A stretch of 53,803 bases of DNA, filler included, from Malassezia furfur (Eukaryota): NCBI GenBank assembly GCA_052055015.1. It is 2 parts of 2 records of this genome, joined end to end, with 100 filler letters (N's around TTAATTAATTAA, not from the genome) between each part and the next. Parts side by side here need not be neighbours in the genome. Positions count along the whole stretch, not along the records: positions 1 to 26,911 come from JBQJIT010000120.1; positions 27,012 to 53,803 come from JBQJIT010000121.1. One strand, given 5' to 3'. Below the pieces are notes generated by a model. It saw nothing but the letters and a program-made list of their open reading frames with translations, was not told the DNA's origin and ran no database searches. Positions 23,632 through 35,800 of this stretch are shown one piece after another. The translations under genes and the position numbers were made by a program. Each line of letters begins with the position of its first letter. Positions within the stretch are counted from its first letter, which is position 1.

Positions 23632-26254
23632 CTACTTTCGGAACGAGAACGCGTTCTTGAACTTGCTCATGTCGCGCAGCTTGCTGCGCGGCGGCACCGC
23701 GGGCTGCGAGCCGGGCTGCCCGGGCGCCGCGCCGGGCGTCGGCTGTGGCGTCTCCACCTGCTCCGACTTGCGGCGCGGGTTGAGGGTTGCGCTGATTTTG
23801 CGCGCACCGGCGGCGGCGGCGGAGCTGGGCGCGGAGGGCGCGGCAGGTGCCTCGGGCTCGGGCTCCGTCTGGTAGCGCAGGTCGTAGCGCGCCTGAGCGG
23901 GGAGGTTTTGGGGATACGAAGGGGTCGGTGTCGACTTGGCGTTGCTGCTCTTTTTGCTGGTGGGCTCGGGCCGCTTCTTGCGTGCTTCGAGCTCCGCCTC
24001 GGCGGCGCGGCGCGCAGCGACATGCGGCCCGGGCGGCGGGGGTTGCCGTGATGTGCCCATGACGCGCATCGCGTCCATGAACGCGTTGGGCGTGAAGATG
24101 TTGGACGAGCCGATGTACACGTCGGTGTGGTTGCGCGCGCCGACCTCGTACGCAGTGCGCATCTCCGAGTAAGTCATGCCGCCCGCGACGTACACCAGCA
24201 CACGCTGGGCAGTCGGGTTGCTCGACTCTGCGGACACCGAGCCGCGCGGCGTGCGCAGGCCGCCGGCGGTCTGGATTGTCGCCACGGACTGCGACCGGCC
24301 CTTTTGGTGCCACGTGGGCTTAGCGCTCCGGAGGCTGGCGCCGCCGCCGCCGCTCGCGCCGCTCACGCTCGCACTGCGGCCCGACGAGCCATCGAAGCGA
24401 CCGACGCGCGCGAGCGGCGAGTCCTTGCCGCCCGTTGCGTAGATGGCCGAATTCAGCATCGAGGTGGCCACATCCGTGGCGCTGTTTCCAAAGCTTGAGA
24501 TGCTGCGCGGCGACAGCGACCCGGTGGCGAGCGACTCGCGCGGCGCATCGCGTACGTAGGGGAACATGCTTTGGTCGAGGCGACCGGTCGCATGGTCCTC
24601 GATCATGGTACGGATGAGCGGCTGGTAACGGCTCACGTCGTACGCTGATGAGCTGTTCCGCGGCTTGAGCTGCTTGCGGCGCTTGCGGAAGATGGCGTCG
24701 AGCGTCGAGCCCGACGACTCGCGCACAATGCGCGCGCCGAGATGCACGAGGTTGTTCACCGTGGTCATCTCGCCATTGCCGAGCCGCGCGTGCTGGAAGA
24801 GACGCCGTCGGTCCTCGTCGTGGACGCCGTCGCAGAACAGTATGTACAGCGCAATGATGCGCACTTTGTCGGCGTTGGAGATTTGGGGGTCGTCAAGCAA
24901 CGGCACCATCTCCTCGACGAGGCTGCGCGGCTTGCCGCCTTGCGCAGTTTCGCCGGTCGCACTGTTTTGTTCGACCATTGCCTGGTCCGCGAGCTTGCTT
25001 TTCTCGAAGCGATCCATGCACTGCTGCGCCAACGACAGGTGCAGCGACAGCTTCTCCTTGGTGGATTGCATGTGTGGCAGCGACGCCAGCATGTCGCGCA
25101 TGCCGTTGATCGACGTCTTGTCGGAGAACTGACTGGCTTCGCCCATGTGTGCGTTGAACTCGCGCGAGAGATAGGCGATCGCCTCTGCAATGTGTAAGTG
25201 CCGAATCGCCGTGTAGATGGTGTCTTCGTCGCTCAGTTCAGCGACGGTCTCTTCACGCGCGCCCTCGGCGTTCGTGTAGGAGTGCTTGTAGCGCACACCG
25301 TCTTCGATGGGGAGCAGGTCGTTGATCATCGCCTGGTACGTGAACTCGTGCAAAAAAGGCGCAGCGAGGTCCATCGAACGGTCCGTGATGAACAGCACCC
25401 CCTGTGGCCGGCCGGGCTCGCCAAGCATCTGCCCGCCCTTGGTGTATTCATCGAGCGCCGCCTGGACACGCAATGCAAGCTGTTTCGTAAAGTGCTCACC
25501 GATCTGGATACGGTCCTCAGGCACATTTGACTTCTTTGGCGCCGGAATCTGCGACGGGCCGTCGATCGACTCCTCCTGCGCCGCGACTGCCAGCGGCCCG
25601 AGCGGCGTCGGCGTTGCAGCCAGGTAGCGAATGATGGGGTTCTCATTCAGCGTGATGCACAGGTTGACGAGCGTCTGGGTTGCCAAGTCCAGCTCGTCCT
25701 GGAGCATGGCGAGCGCCTCGTCGCGGCTCGGTGCATAGGGCCCCTCCATCGGCTGGAAGAGGCCGTAGAGCGACGTGGGCTGCTTGAGCACGAACGCCTG
25801 CGACTCAATCGGCCACATGCTCAAGAACAGCTCCACAAGCTGCCTGATCCGGAGCGCCGCGGGCGACGTCGTGAGCTTCTCCACGAGCTCATCGGAGATG
25901 GCGTCCACAAAGAAGATGTGCGCCGCGGCGTACTGTGGCGGCGCGTCACCCGCGCCGCTCATCTCTTTGATGAGGCGGTCCACGTTCTGCGTCGTGGCAC
26001 ACAGAATGTACGCCGCCTCCATGTGTGGCTGTGGATCGCGGCGTTTCTCAATGTTCTCGACCTTGGTCACATTGTGTTCCAAGATGTCGAACATGCGCAT
26101 CACCGCCGACAGGTACTGCATCGTGTGCGAGTCCACGACCAAATTTTTCCATTTGGTCGTGGGCTGCACGGACTGTATGGCATGGAGATAGCCTGTGGTG
26201 AGCACGCATACACGTACGCTGCTTGACCAGCGTCTGCAGACTCTTCGCCGGCAT
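23632..26254 (-). CDS. SEC1: Sec1/Munc18 family SNARE regulator
   Basis: KWKNLVVD, DRSMDLAAPFLHEFTYQAM, LSLHLSLAQQCM, GGMTYSEMR. First exon MPAKSLQTLVKQ, then intron 26193-26217. Confidence 0.93.
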
Positions 26255-26342
26255 CCCCGAATGGTCCCTGCACGGGTGCGTGCGCCGGGGCCGCTCGTCG
26301 GGTCACGTGGTAAATTCACGTGCGCGTATCGTCCTCCCGACC
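26255..26342. promoter_or_regulatory. 88-bp bidirectional promoter SEC1/PAT1 with twin E-boxes
   Basis: CACGTG at 26304 and 26317 between divergent ATGs. Confidence 0.6.
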
Positions 26343-26911
26343 ATGTCCTTCTTTGGGTTCGATACGAGCCTCCCGAAGAAGGGCGGCGCGCCCGACGAAG
26401 AGTCGGCTCTCAATGCCAAGATTGAGCGTGCGCTCGCGGCGAGTGCACAGGAAGATGTCGAGGTGTACACGTGGGGGCAGGATACCTACGATGGACTTGG
26501 CGACCAACTCCAGGAAACCAACGACGATTTCAACGAAGACACGTTTGGTGCTCTTGCGCAAGAAGTAGGCAAGGACTTCGACTTTGGTCACGGATCTGCA
26601 CCTTCACAGGGCAAAACGGACCGGAATGCGTCGGCATTCGCGGCGTCGTTCGACGACTTTTGGAGTACGCCCGGGTTCGTCCCCGAGCCGACGCGCACGG
26701 CGGTACCCGAAAAGCAGACCAAGACGCTCGACGAGGTCGAGGCCGAGCTGCGAGCCCAGCGTGCACCCGTACCCGCGCCTGCGCCTGTGCCTGCGCCTGC
26801 GCCTGCACCGGCCGCGGCGCCCGCCGCCTCATCGCGGCCGCTGACGCTCGAAGAAGTCGAGGCCGAGCTGCGTGCGCAACGCCGCCCACAGCCGCCGGCG
26901 GCCGCCTCGCC
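26343..26911 (+). CDS. PAT1: Pat1 decapping activator, N-terminal part (truncated by assembly gap)
   Basis: MSFFGFDTSLP, YDGLGDQLQETNDDFNEDTFG, DFDFG and two TL(D/E)EVEAELRAQR motifs; the ORF runs into the N block. Confidence 0.8.
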
Positions 26912-27011
26912 NNNNNNNNNNNNNNNNNNNNNNNNNNNNNNNNNNNNNNNNNNNNTTAATTAATTAANNNNNNNNNNNNNNNNNNNNNNNNNNNNNNNNN
27001 NNNNNNNNNNN
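26912..27011. other. Artificial contig-joining spacer
   Basis: 44 N + TTAATTAATTAA (26956-26967, stops in all six frames) + 44 N, exactly 100 nt. Confidence 0.97.
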
Positions 27012-27036
27012 CCTCCCTCCACCCGCGTCGACACCC

Positions 27037-27771
27037 ATGAGCGCGTCCGGCGCGGACGACGGGGCGGACGCGAGTGCGGACGCGGGCGCGGGCGCCGTGC
27101 TCGACTTTTCCGCGTTAAATACTTCGATCGAGCAGTTCGCGCGCCGGTTCGAGCGGTACGTGCACGACACCGTCGCGGCGAGCGACGCGGAGCGCCTCGC
27201 GGCAGACACGCACCGTGTGGAGGCCCACGAGCAGCGCAAGGCGCTCGAGCGCGAGCGCGAGGCGACCAAGCACGCGCAGAAGCGGCTCTGGGAGACGGTC
27301 GCGGCGGAGCGCGATGCAGACGCCGCGCTGCGTGCGCGTGTCCAGAACCTGCACGCGCAGCGCACGTCGCTGGTGCAGCGCGCCGCGTCGCTCACCACCG
27401 AGGTCGCAGAGATCCGCGCGCAGATCGAGGCGCGGCGCGCACAGAAGCAGGACAAGATGCGCCGCCTGCGTGCGCAAGTCGCGCGGAACGCGCCCGAGCT
27501 CGTCGTGCTGCAGCAGTGCACGGGCCTCGCGATCGAGGCGACCGAGCGGCCGAGCACGCTGCGCCTCGTGTTCGACCAGCTGGCGCCGCACGCCGCGCCG
27601 TGCACGCTGGATCTCGACGTGGGCGGCGGCAAGTTTGCCGTGCCGCACCACGACCGGCGGCTGAGCGAGCCGACGGTGCGCGCGCTGGTGCGCACGCTGA
27701 ACGCGAGCGGCGATGTATATGCATTTCTCAAGGCGCTGCGGCGTGCGATGCAAGACGCCGTGCGCACATAG
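27037..27771 (+). CDS. SPC25: Kinetochore Ndc80-complex subunit Spc25
   Basis: Long coiled coil followed by TGLAIE..LRLVF..CTLDLDV..LNASGDVYAFLKALRRAM, an RWD-type C-terminal domain. The start may lie in the gap. Confidence 0.75.
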   Translation: MSASGADDGADASADAGAGAVLDFSALNTSIEQFARRFERYVHDTVAASDAERLAADTHRVEAHEQRKALEREREATKHAQKRLWETVAAERDADAALRARVQNLHAQRTSLVQRAASLTTEVAEIRAQIEARRAQKQDKMRRLRAQVARNAPELVVLQQCTGLAIEATERPSTLRLVFDQLAPHAAPCTLDLDVGGGKFAVPHHDRRLSEPTVRALVRTLNASGDVYAFLKALRRAMQDAVRT

Positions 27772-27786
27772 GCTGGGTACGGGTGG

Positions 27787-29961
27787 CTATGACGCGGCGG
27801 GCGCGGCGGTGGGCGCGTCGGCCTCCTCGGCGAGCGTGTCGGCCGAGTCGGACTGGAGCGCCAGGAGCGCGCTGGAGCGGTCGGCGGCCTCCTTCTCCTC
27901 GGAGCGCGCCTGGTCGTCGAGCCCGGCGGCGGCGCGGTGCGCGGCCTGCGTGTCGAAGCCGACGGCACACAGCGTGCGCAGGTAGACAAAGTACTTGCGC
28001 ACGCTCGCGACGACGTCCGAGCAGCGCTCCATGAGCATGAGCCCCTGGTAGAAGTAGAGGTAGCTCCACCACGACGCGGTGTAGTCGCGCACGAGGCGCA
28101 GCGACATGCCGTCGCTGCGCCAGCGCTCCTTGAGCTTCTTCTCGTCGTTGCGGTGCACCGCCAGCGCGCAGTAGCGCGCGGTGATGATGAACGGACGCGC
28201 GGGGCCGTGCGTGGTGTGCAGGTTGGCGTCGAGCGAGCGCGTCAGGTCGTTGATCTTGAGCACCATGAGCATGGCGCGCGGCACGCGGCGGAGCAGGTCG
28301 AGCACGTCGACAAACATGCCCTCCTTCTCCATGACCGTCTTGCGGATGTGCTCCTGCTCCGCCTCGGGGATCTTGGTGCCGCCGTCGAGGTCCAGGAGCG
28401 AGCTCATGCGCTGCTTGCCCTGCACGCCGTGGGGGTTCTTGTCGTCGCTGCCCTCGAGCCCGGAGCGCCCGGTGATGGCGCTCTCGAGGATCGGGTAGAG
28501 GTCGTCGCCGATGTTGCCCACGAGCTTGGCGTACTTGCGCCGCTCGCGCTGCACCTTGGGCGTCGCGCGCGACAGGAGCGACAGCCAGAAGCGCGCATAG
28601 TTCGACCGGAGCTCCTCGTCGATCTCAAAGTACAGGCCGTGGTCCAGCAGGACGATCTCAAAGTTCTCCTTCGAGCGCGAGTGCGGCTGCCGCGGGCGGA
28701 TGAGCAGGTTGCCGCCGTGCGGGTCCGCGTGGAAGAAGCCGTGGATGTAGAGCATCTGCGAGAAGATCTTCGACAGCTCCTGCGACACGCGGTTGCGGTC
28801 GATGCGGTGCGCGTCGAGGTACTGCAGGTTGTCCGGGCGGCGGCCCTCGACAAACTCCATCGCCAGCACGCGCCGGAACACCCACGGCACGCGCGGGAAC
28901 ACGACACAGGTGTGCTTGTACTGCGCAAAGTCCTCCTGGCACCGCCGCGAGTTGCCTGCCTCGTGCCGGAAGTCGAGCTCGAGCGGGAGGTTCTTGTTCA
29001 TCTCGTCCGCGAGCCACTCGAACGAAAAGTCGGGGAACACGCGCTTCACCCAGTGCACCAGGATGGTGACCATGCGCATGTCGACGTGCGAGAAGCGCTC
29101 CACGTTCGGGTGCAGCATCTTGACCGCCAGCACCTCGCCCGTCTCGCGGTCGCACGCGCGGTGCACCTGCGCGAGCGACGCGACGCCGATCGGCTTCTCG
29201 TCGATCCACGTGAACGCCTCGTCGAACGTCTTGCCCGTCTCTTCGCGGAAGAGCACCTCGAGCTCGGGCAGCGGCGTCGGCTCGTTCTGGTCCTGCAGCG
29301 GCTTGAGCGTCGACGTCCACTCGGGCGGGAGCAGGATCAGCGACGAGAGGTGCTGCCCGAGCTTGATGTACAGCCCGCCGTTCGTCTGCAGCGCGACAAG
29401 CACGCGCTGCGCGCACCGCAGATGGCACTGCCGCAGCTCTTCGTCCTCGTCCTGCTTCGAGGCGTACTTGGCGTTCAGCACGCGGCGGTAGTCCCACACA
29501 CACACCGCGACCGCCTTGATGATCACCGTCGAGCGCCCGACGGTCGTCAGCATGAACTGCGCCGTCTGCGACGCCTGCGACTCGCTCACGCCGCGCTTCA
29601 GGTCGGTGTACAGCGACTCCATCCCGGACCAGCTTAGCATGCTGGGCTCCGAGCGCGGTGCGCCGGCGTCGGCCGCGGGGCGCGCGTACCCGTAGAACAC
29701 GGCACCGCCGCACACCAGCACGACGCCGCTCCCGACAAGCGCCATGCGCCAGCCGCGGCGGAACGCGGCGTGCGCGTTCGCGGCGCGATGCGGGTGCGGC
29801 ACTGCCGGCTCGCTGAACAGAATCGTCTCGGGCGCGCGCGTCCCGGGCGGGAATTTGGGCGGCGGCGGCATCTCGGGCGTCTTGTGCGCCTCGCGCGCCG
29901 CGCGCGACGCGTAGGTGCGCACCTGCCGCACCGCGCCGAGGCCCGCACGGAGGGGAAGCAT
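27787..29961 (-). CDS. ABC1/UbiB atypical kinase (ADCK1/Mcp2-like), mitochondrial
   Basis: NGGLYIKLGQ, PIGVASLAQVHRA, VKMLHP, ELDF..E, FFHADPHGGN, LLDHG. Basic presequence plus a TM segment. Confidence 0.9.
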   Translation of the reverse strand: MLPLRAGLGAVRQVRTYASRAAREAHKTPEMPPPPKFPPGTRAPETILFSEPAVPHPHRAANAHAAFRRGWRMALVGSGVVLVCGGAVFYGYARPAADAGAPRSEPSMLSWSGMESLYTDLKRGVSESQASQTAQFMLTTVGRSTVIIKAVAVCVWDYRRVLNAKYASKQDEDEELRQCHLRCAQRVLVALQTNGGLYIKLGQHLSSLILLPPEWTSTLKPLQDQNEPTPLPELEVLFREETGKTFDEAFTWIDEKPIGVASLAQVHRACDRETGEVLAVKMLHPNVERFSHVDMRMVTILVHWVKRVFPDFSFEWLADEMNKNLPLELDFRHEAGNSRRCQEDFAQYKHTCVVFPRVPWVFRRVLAMEFVEGRRPDNLQYLDAHRIDRNRVSQELSKIFSQMLYIHGFFHADPHGGNLLIRPRQPHSRSKENFEIVLLDHGLYFEIDEELRSNYARFWLSLLSRATPKVQRERRKYAKLVGNIGDDLYPILESAITGRSGLEGSDDKNPHGVQGKQRMSSLLDLDGGTKIPEAEQEHIRKTVMEKEGMFVDVLDLLRRVPRAMLMVLKINDLTRSLDANLHTTHGPARPFIITARYCALAVHRNDEKKLKERWRSDGMSLRLVRDYTASWWSYLYFYQGLMLMERCSDVVASVRKYFVYLRTLCAVGFDTQAAHRAAAGLDDQARSEEKEAADRSSALLALQSDSADTLAEEADAPTAAPAAS

Positions 29962-30119
29962 GCCGGCACGTGGAGGTCGGTCCAAAGCCGGGAGCGGACG
30001 TGGAGCGGCATTACGTTACGTAAGGCACGCGGTGGAGGGCCAGTGCGGCTGCAACTTCCTGGGGGGTCTGCAGCGTGCGGCCTACTTATCGCCGACGACG
30101 TGTGTGCTGTACTGCGTTG

Positions 30120-31917
30120 ATGGAGCGCCGCCGGTCCTCACGCCATGCCGTTCCGGCCATCCCGTGGGCACTGGGCGGCAAGCACAACTCGACCGTCGCG
30201 CACGATGTGCCGCACACACACCCTCGCGAGCGGCGCGCGTCGTTCGGCGAGGCGCTCGGACGCGCGCCGACCGCGCTCTCGGACGCCCTCGAGCACTGGC
30301 AGGCGATGGATGCCGCACGTGGGCGCCTGTACGAGGCGCGTCTCGAGGCGACGTTTGACGACGACGAGAGCGAAGAGGCGGAGCTCGAGCGGCCTTTTAC
30401 CCCGCAGGAGCTCGAGCGCGCATCGACCGCGCGTTCGTCCCTGTTTTCACCCGGCAAGGGCGGCGAGGGGCCGCACCACGACCCATACCTCGTGACGTGG
30501 GAGTCGACGCACTCGGAGCACGAGAACCCCCGCACGTGGACGTATCGGCACAAGATGGGCGTGCTGGCGATGTACGCGGCTTTCTCCGGCATTGGGCCGT
30601 GGGCGAGCTCGATGGCGAGCCCTGCGGTGCGCATCATCCGGCAGGACCTGCACTTTACGACGACCAGCGAGTCGCAGCTGATCATTGCCATCTTTGTGCT
30701 CGCGCTCGTGTTTGGGCCGCTCTTCTCGGCGCCGATCAGCGAGACGATCGGGCGGCGCAAGATTGTGCTGTTCTGCAACCCGGTGTACGTGTGCGCGCTC
30801 ACGCAGGTTCATCGTGTTCAACATCGGGTCCACGGTGTGCAAGACGCACGCGCAGATGATCGTGCTACGCTTCTTCGCCGGCGTGTTTAGCGGCGCGATG
30901 ATCCCCATGGGCGGCGGCTGCATCTCGGACATGTTTGAGCCGCACCAGCGCGGGATGGCCATGTCGATGTACTCGGCGGTGCCCGTGCTGGGCCCGTGCA
31001 TCGGCCCGGTGGTCGCCGGCTGGATCCTGCAGGGCTGGGGCGAGGACCGCTGGCACTGGATCTTTTGGACGTGGACGATGGTCGCTGGCCTCGTGCAGAT
31101 TATCGGTTTCTTCCTCGTGCGCGAGACGTACGCGCCCGTGCTGCTGCGCCAAAAGGCCTCGAAGGTGCGCAAGGAGACGCAGGACTCGCGCTACCACTCG
31201 ATGTTTGAGAAAGTCGTCGAGACCTGGCAGGAGAAGGCGGAGCGGATCCTGCTGCGCCCCGTCATCTTCCTGACCACCGAGCTCGTGGTGCTGCTGCCAG
31301 CGATATACCAATCGATCATGTACGGCTGCTTCTACCTGCTGATTGCCTCGCTCCCGCGCGTGTTCGAGGGCATCTACGAGTACGACGTAGGCATCGCGTC
31401 GCTGCACAGCCTGGCGCTGGGCGTCGGGATGATTGTGTTTGGGCAGGTTGAGGGCTTCATGATCGACTTCGTCTACAAGAAGATGTGCCAGAAGCACGGC
31501 GACTCGCGGCCCGAGTACAAGCTGCCGATGCTCATGGTCACCGTCTTCCTCACGCCGTGTGCGCTGCTCATCTTTGGCTGGACGGCGTACTACCGCGAGC
31601 CGTGGATCGCGCCGGATATCGGCCTGTGCATGATGGGCACCGCGATCATCGCGACCATCCTGCAGGTGCAGATGTACATGGCGGACCTCATGGGCATCTA
31701 TGCGTCGTCGGCGATCAGCGCCAACCTCGCGGTGCGCTCCCTGTTCGGCTTTGCGTTCACGATGATTTCCGAGCCGCTCTTTGACCGGCTCGACGTGAAC
31801 TGGGGCGTGTCGCTCTTGGCGCTGATCGCGGCCGTGTTCGGTATCCCGTCGCCGTTCCTGCTGTACAAGTACGGACCCGCGCTCCGCCAGCGGAGCAAAT
31901 ACTGTGTAAAGGACTAG
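30120..31917 (+). CDS. MFS transporter, DHA1 drug:H+ antiporter family
   Basis: ENPRTW, APISETIGRR, LRFFAGVF, GPCIGPVVAG, W-WIFW, RETYAPVLL, RPEYKL. Intron 30785-30806. Confidence 0.92.
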
Positions 31918-31988
31918 GCACGTAGCCGCCTCTACCCCACCCTGCCCTCCACCCGGCCGCCGCGTAGCCGGCCCCTCCACGTCTCGCG

Positions 31989-32855
31989 ATGGCCTACCCC
32001 ACGGCGTACCCCGCATTTGCCCAGGCCGAGTTCTTCGCGGTGCAGTGGCTCGCGCCCAACGTGCTGGGCGTCGCATTCAACCGCGCGCCCGTCAACGCCT
32101 TCCACGTCGCGATGTGGACCGAGATGCACCGCATCTTTGCGCACATCAAGCTCGACGGCGACGTGCGCGCCGTCGTGCTGTACGGCCACGGCAAGTGCTT
32201 CACCGCGGGCCTCGACCGTACGTGCACGACTGACCCAGTGAGCGACACCGTGCTGCAGGACATCCTGGCGCGCGACGACCCCGCGCGCGTCTCATTCGGC
32301 CTGCGCGAGCTCATCGACCGCTTCCAGCAGGCCATCACCTCGATCGAGGTGTGTGAGCGCCCGGTGATTGGCGTCGCACACAGCCACGCGATCGGTCTCG
32401 CGATCGACATCCTGAGCGCGGTCGACATTCGCTACGCCTCCACTGATGCGCGCTTTGCGATCCGCGAGGCGGCCATCGGCATCGCCGCCGACATCGGCAC
32501 GCTGCAGCGTTTCCCCAAGATCGTCGGGAACGATTCACTGACGCGCGAGCTCGTGTACACTGCGCGCTTCTTTGACACCGACGAGGCGCTGCGCATCGGG
32601 TTTGTGAACCGCGTGCTGCCGACGCGCGACGAGGCGTTCCGTGCGGCGGTCGCAACCGCCGAGGCGATCGCCGCACACTCGCCCGTCGCCGTGTGCGGCG
32701 CCAAGCAGGCGCTCGTGTTCTCGCGCGACCACTCCGTGCCCGAGGGGCTGCAGTTCATGCAGTACCTCAACGCGGCGCTCCTGCAGACCGACGACTTCGG
32801 CACCGCGGCCATGGCCGCCATGGCCAAGACGAAGCCGACGTTTGCCAAGCTGTAG
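31989..32855 (+). CDS. Peroxisomal crotonase-fold delta3,5-delta2,4-dienoyl-CoA isomerase (Ech1-like)
   Basis: FTAGLDL after removing intron 32218-32238, IGLAIDI..VDIR, ADIGTLQRFPKIVG, C-terminal PTS1 AKL. Confidence 0.88.
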   Translation: MAYPTAYPAFAQAEFFAVQWLAPNVLGVAFNRAPVNAFHVAMWTEMHRIFAHIKLDGDVRAVVLYGHGKCFTAGLDRTCTTDPVSDTVLQDILARDDPARVSFGLRELIDRFQQAITSIEVCERPVIGVAHSHAIGLAIDILSAVDIRYASTDARFAIREAAIGIAADIGTLQRFPKIVGNDSLTRELVYTARFFDTDEALRIGFVNRVLPTRDEAFRAAVATAEAIAAHSPVAVCGAKQALVFSRDHSVPEGLQFMQYLNAALLQTDDFGTAAMAAMAKTKPTFAKL

Positions 32856-32859
32856 TACA

Positions 32860-35800
32860 CTATGGGGCCTGCGGCGCATCGAGGAGGTGCAGCTTCCAGC
32901 GCTCCGCCGCGACCTCGGGACGCGTCGCCGCGGGGATGCGCGTCGCGTGCCGCGACGCGTAGAGCGCCGCGAGCGCCTGCGCGGCGCTCGCCTCGCCCGG
33001 CGCGTGCGCAAGCTGCGCGACGGCCGCGACGAGCTCGTGCTCCGCCTGCTGCTTGCGCTCGGCATGCGCCGTCGCGCGCGCGCCGAGCGAGTCGGCTGCG
33101 GCGTGTGCGTGTGCCTCGAGCGCCAGGACGCGCGCCTGCAGCGTGCGCGCTGCGTGGCGGTGCGCCGTACTGAGCGTGAGCAGCGTCGGGAGCAGCGCGC
33201 CGACGGAGCGCTGCAGCGCACCGAGGCGCGTCGTGAGCAGCTTCTGCACCGAGTCGAGCAGGTAGCTCTCCTCGTAGATGCTGCCCTTTTTGCCCGTGAG
33301 CTTCTTCTTCTGCTCCTTCTTCTGCTTCGCCTTGCTGCGCGACGTGGCGCGCGTGCCGAGCGAGAGCGTCGACATGCTCTCGGCGACGCTCGGCGCGGCC
33401 GTGTACCGCGTGAACTGCGTCAGCTGCGACAGCGTGTCGCTCTGCATGTCGATGTGCTCGAGGCCCGGCGCGTCGTCGGGGTAGTACTGCGCCGGCGCCT
33501 CGTCGCGCTTCGCGTCGAGCTCTGCGAGGCGCCGCGTCTGCTGCGCGAGCTGCGCGTCGATCGCGTCCGCCTCCTCGAGCGCCGCGGCGTGCGCCTCGAG
33601 CGCGGCGGGCGCGACGTGCGTCTCGATGAGGTCCGAGCGCCCATGCAGCGCGCTCTGCCGCACCGCCTCGGGCAGCGCGTGCGCGGAGCAGAGCAGCGCG
33701 ACGCCCTGCTCGACGTCGCCGAGGTGGTCCAGGCACACGCGCGCCGCGCTCTCGTACTGCTCGCACGCGCTCAGCTGCTCGACGAGCGCCTGCGCCAGCG
33801 CACGCAGCTCGGCGGGCGGCAGGCGCTGCTGGCACGCGGTGCCGAGCGCCTCCTCCCAGCGGTCCGCCTCGCGGAACGCGTCGACCGCCTTGCGCGGCTC
33901 GTGCGCAAGCAGGTACGCGGACGCCGCCTCGCCGACGCGCTGGTGCGCCGCGAGGTACTCGGCGAAGCGCGCGTACACCTGGCGCTGGCGCGCGGCGTCG
34001 TGCGCGTACGCGTCGAGCGCCTCGCGGTACAGCTTGTGCTCGACCATGTACGCGAGCGCCTCGTCCGTGCGGCCGTCGACGCGCACGAGCGAGTGCAGCG
34101 CCTTGGTGTGCCGCCCGAGGTGGTCGTCGACGCAGAAGCGCTGGTACGCCTCGGGCGTCTTGGCGCGCAGCTCGCGCAGGAACGCTACGTACTCGCGCGG
34201 GTCCTTTTGCGAGTGCTGTGCAAGGAGCAGCGCGAGCGAGAAGTCGTACATGCCGAGCGCCACGCGGAAGAGCTGCTCGGCGTTCGCGAGGAAAATGATG
34301 TACTTGCACGCCTCGTCCGCGAGCTCAGGGTCTGTCGCCTGGTAGCGCAGCAGCACACGCAGGCCGCCCTCGTAGTCCGGCGGCGTCTTGCGCACGTGCG
34401 CGGTGAGGATCGTCGTCAGGTAGCGCCGCTCGTCAACGCGCAGCGCGTCGAGGAACGCGTCGCACACGCGGTTCACCTTGCCATGCACGTCCCACGCCTC
34501 GCGCGGCGTCACCAGCATCGGCCGGTACAGCGACTGCGTCACGTCCTCGTCACTGCGTTAGCCATGTACGTACCGCATCGACGACAGAAGCAGGTTCAGG
34601 TGGTCCACCTGGTCGACCTGCGCGAGCAGCGTCGGGACGTCCGCCAGGAACGCGCGCGGCGCGTGGTCGTGCAGCAGGTTGAGGTCCACGCGGTGCGCGC
34701 GGCTGATGCGCAGCGCGTCGCCGTACGTGCGCCGGTCGAGCAGGTCGCGCACCACGTCGAGCACCATCGGCCGGGGGCAGATCGTCTCGAGGTTGCCGCG
34801 CGGCATCTGCAGCACGAGCGACATGGCGCTCGGCACCGCCGCCACAATCGTGCTCCCACGCTCCACGCGGCGCCCGAGCTCGAGCGTCTCGGCGTCGCCG
34901 GCGAGCGCCGCGAGCGGCAGAAAGCGCGCCTCGTGCGTCCACGTCGTCCAGACCACGAGGCGGTGCGTCACCGCAAACGACGTCGCGTCCTTCGCGAGCG
35001 TGCGCCCAGGCAGCATCAGGCGGCCATCGGACGTGAGGCCCAGCACCACCTCGCGCCCGCCGTGCGCAAACACATCGAGGTGGGCGCAAAACGCCGGCAG
35101 CGCCACCGCTTCGGCGCCGACGGCCACGCGCCCGTCGGGGTGCGCCACGACAAACGCCTTGGACGGGCGCGCGGTCTGCACGACTCGCACGCCGCGCGGC
35201 ACACGCTCTGTGCGCCCGTCGAGATGCACCGCGTCCGCGCACACGAACGCAACGTCGTACGCGTCGCCGCCGCGCACCGCCAGCGCCACTTGGAGCGCGT
35301 CCGGCGGCGCACGCAGCGTCGCGACGCGCTCCGTCGTCCACGGGCCGCGCTGGCCGAGCGCGCCGTACGCGAGGCGCCACACATGCACGGCGCCCGCGTA
35401 CAGCACCGCGAGGTAGTCGCACGTCGCCGCGCCGTCGGCCACCGTGTCCCACGCGAGGTGCACGGGCGTCGCGGGCGTGTCGTTCGGCGCGTCGAACGCG
35501 GGTGCATCCACGACGCACTGCGCACACATCGGCGGCGGCACATTCTGCCGGCGGAAGGGCGTGAGCAGCAGCGCGCTGCCGTCGACCACCGCAACGCACG
35601 CCGCGTCGTGCGGCGGTGCGCCGTGCGACACATGCGTCGCGACCGTATATACGCGGCGCTCGACGCCGCCGGCGCGCACCGTGTAGAGCCACAGAGGCTC
35701 CTCGGGGTGCCAGCGCACGCCCACGAGGTCTGCGTGCACCAGCTCCTGCTTGAGGTACCAGTGGTAGTTGCGCGTCGTCCACAGCTGCACGACATGCGTG

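Noticed and set aside
26956..26967. TTAATTAATTAA palindrome as a biological element (e.g. a piggyBac target)
   Set aside because: It is centred in symmetric 44-N flanks totalling 100 nt, a standard six-frame-stop assembly linker.
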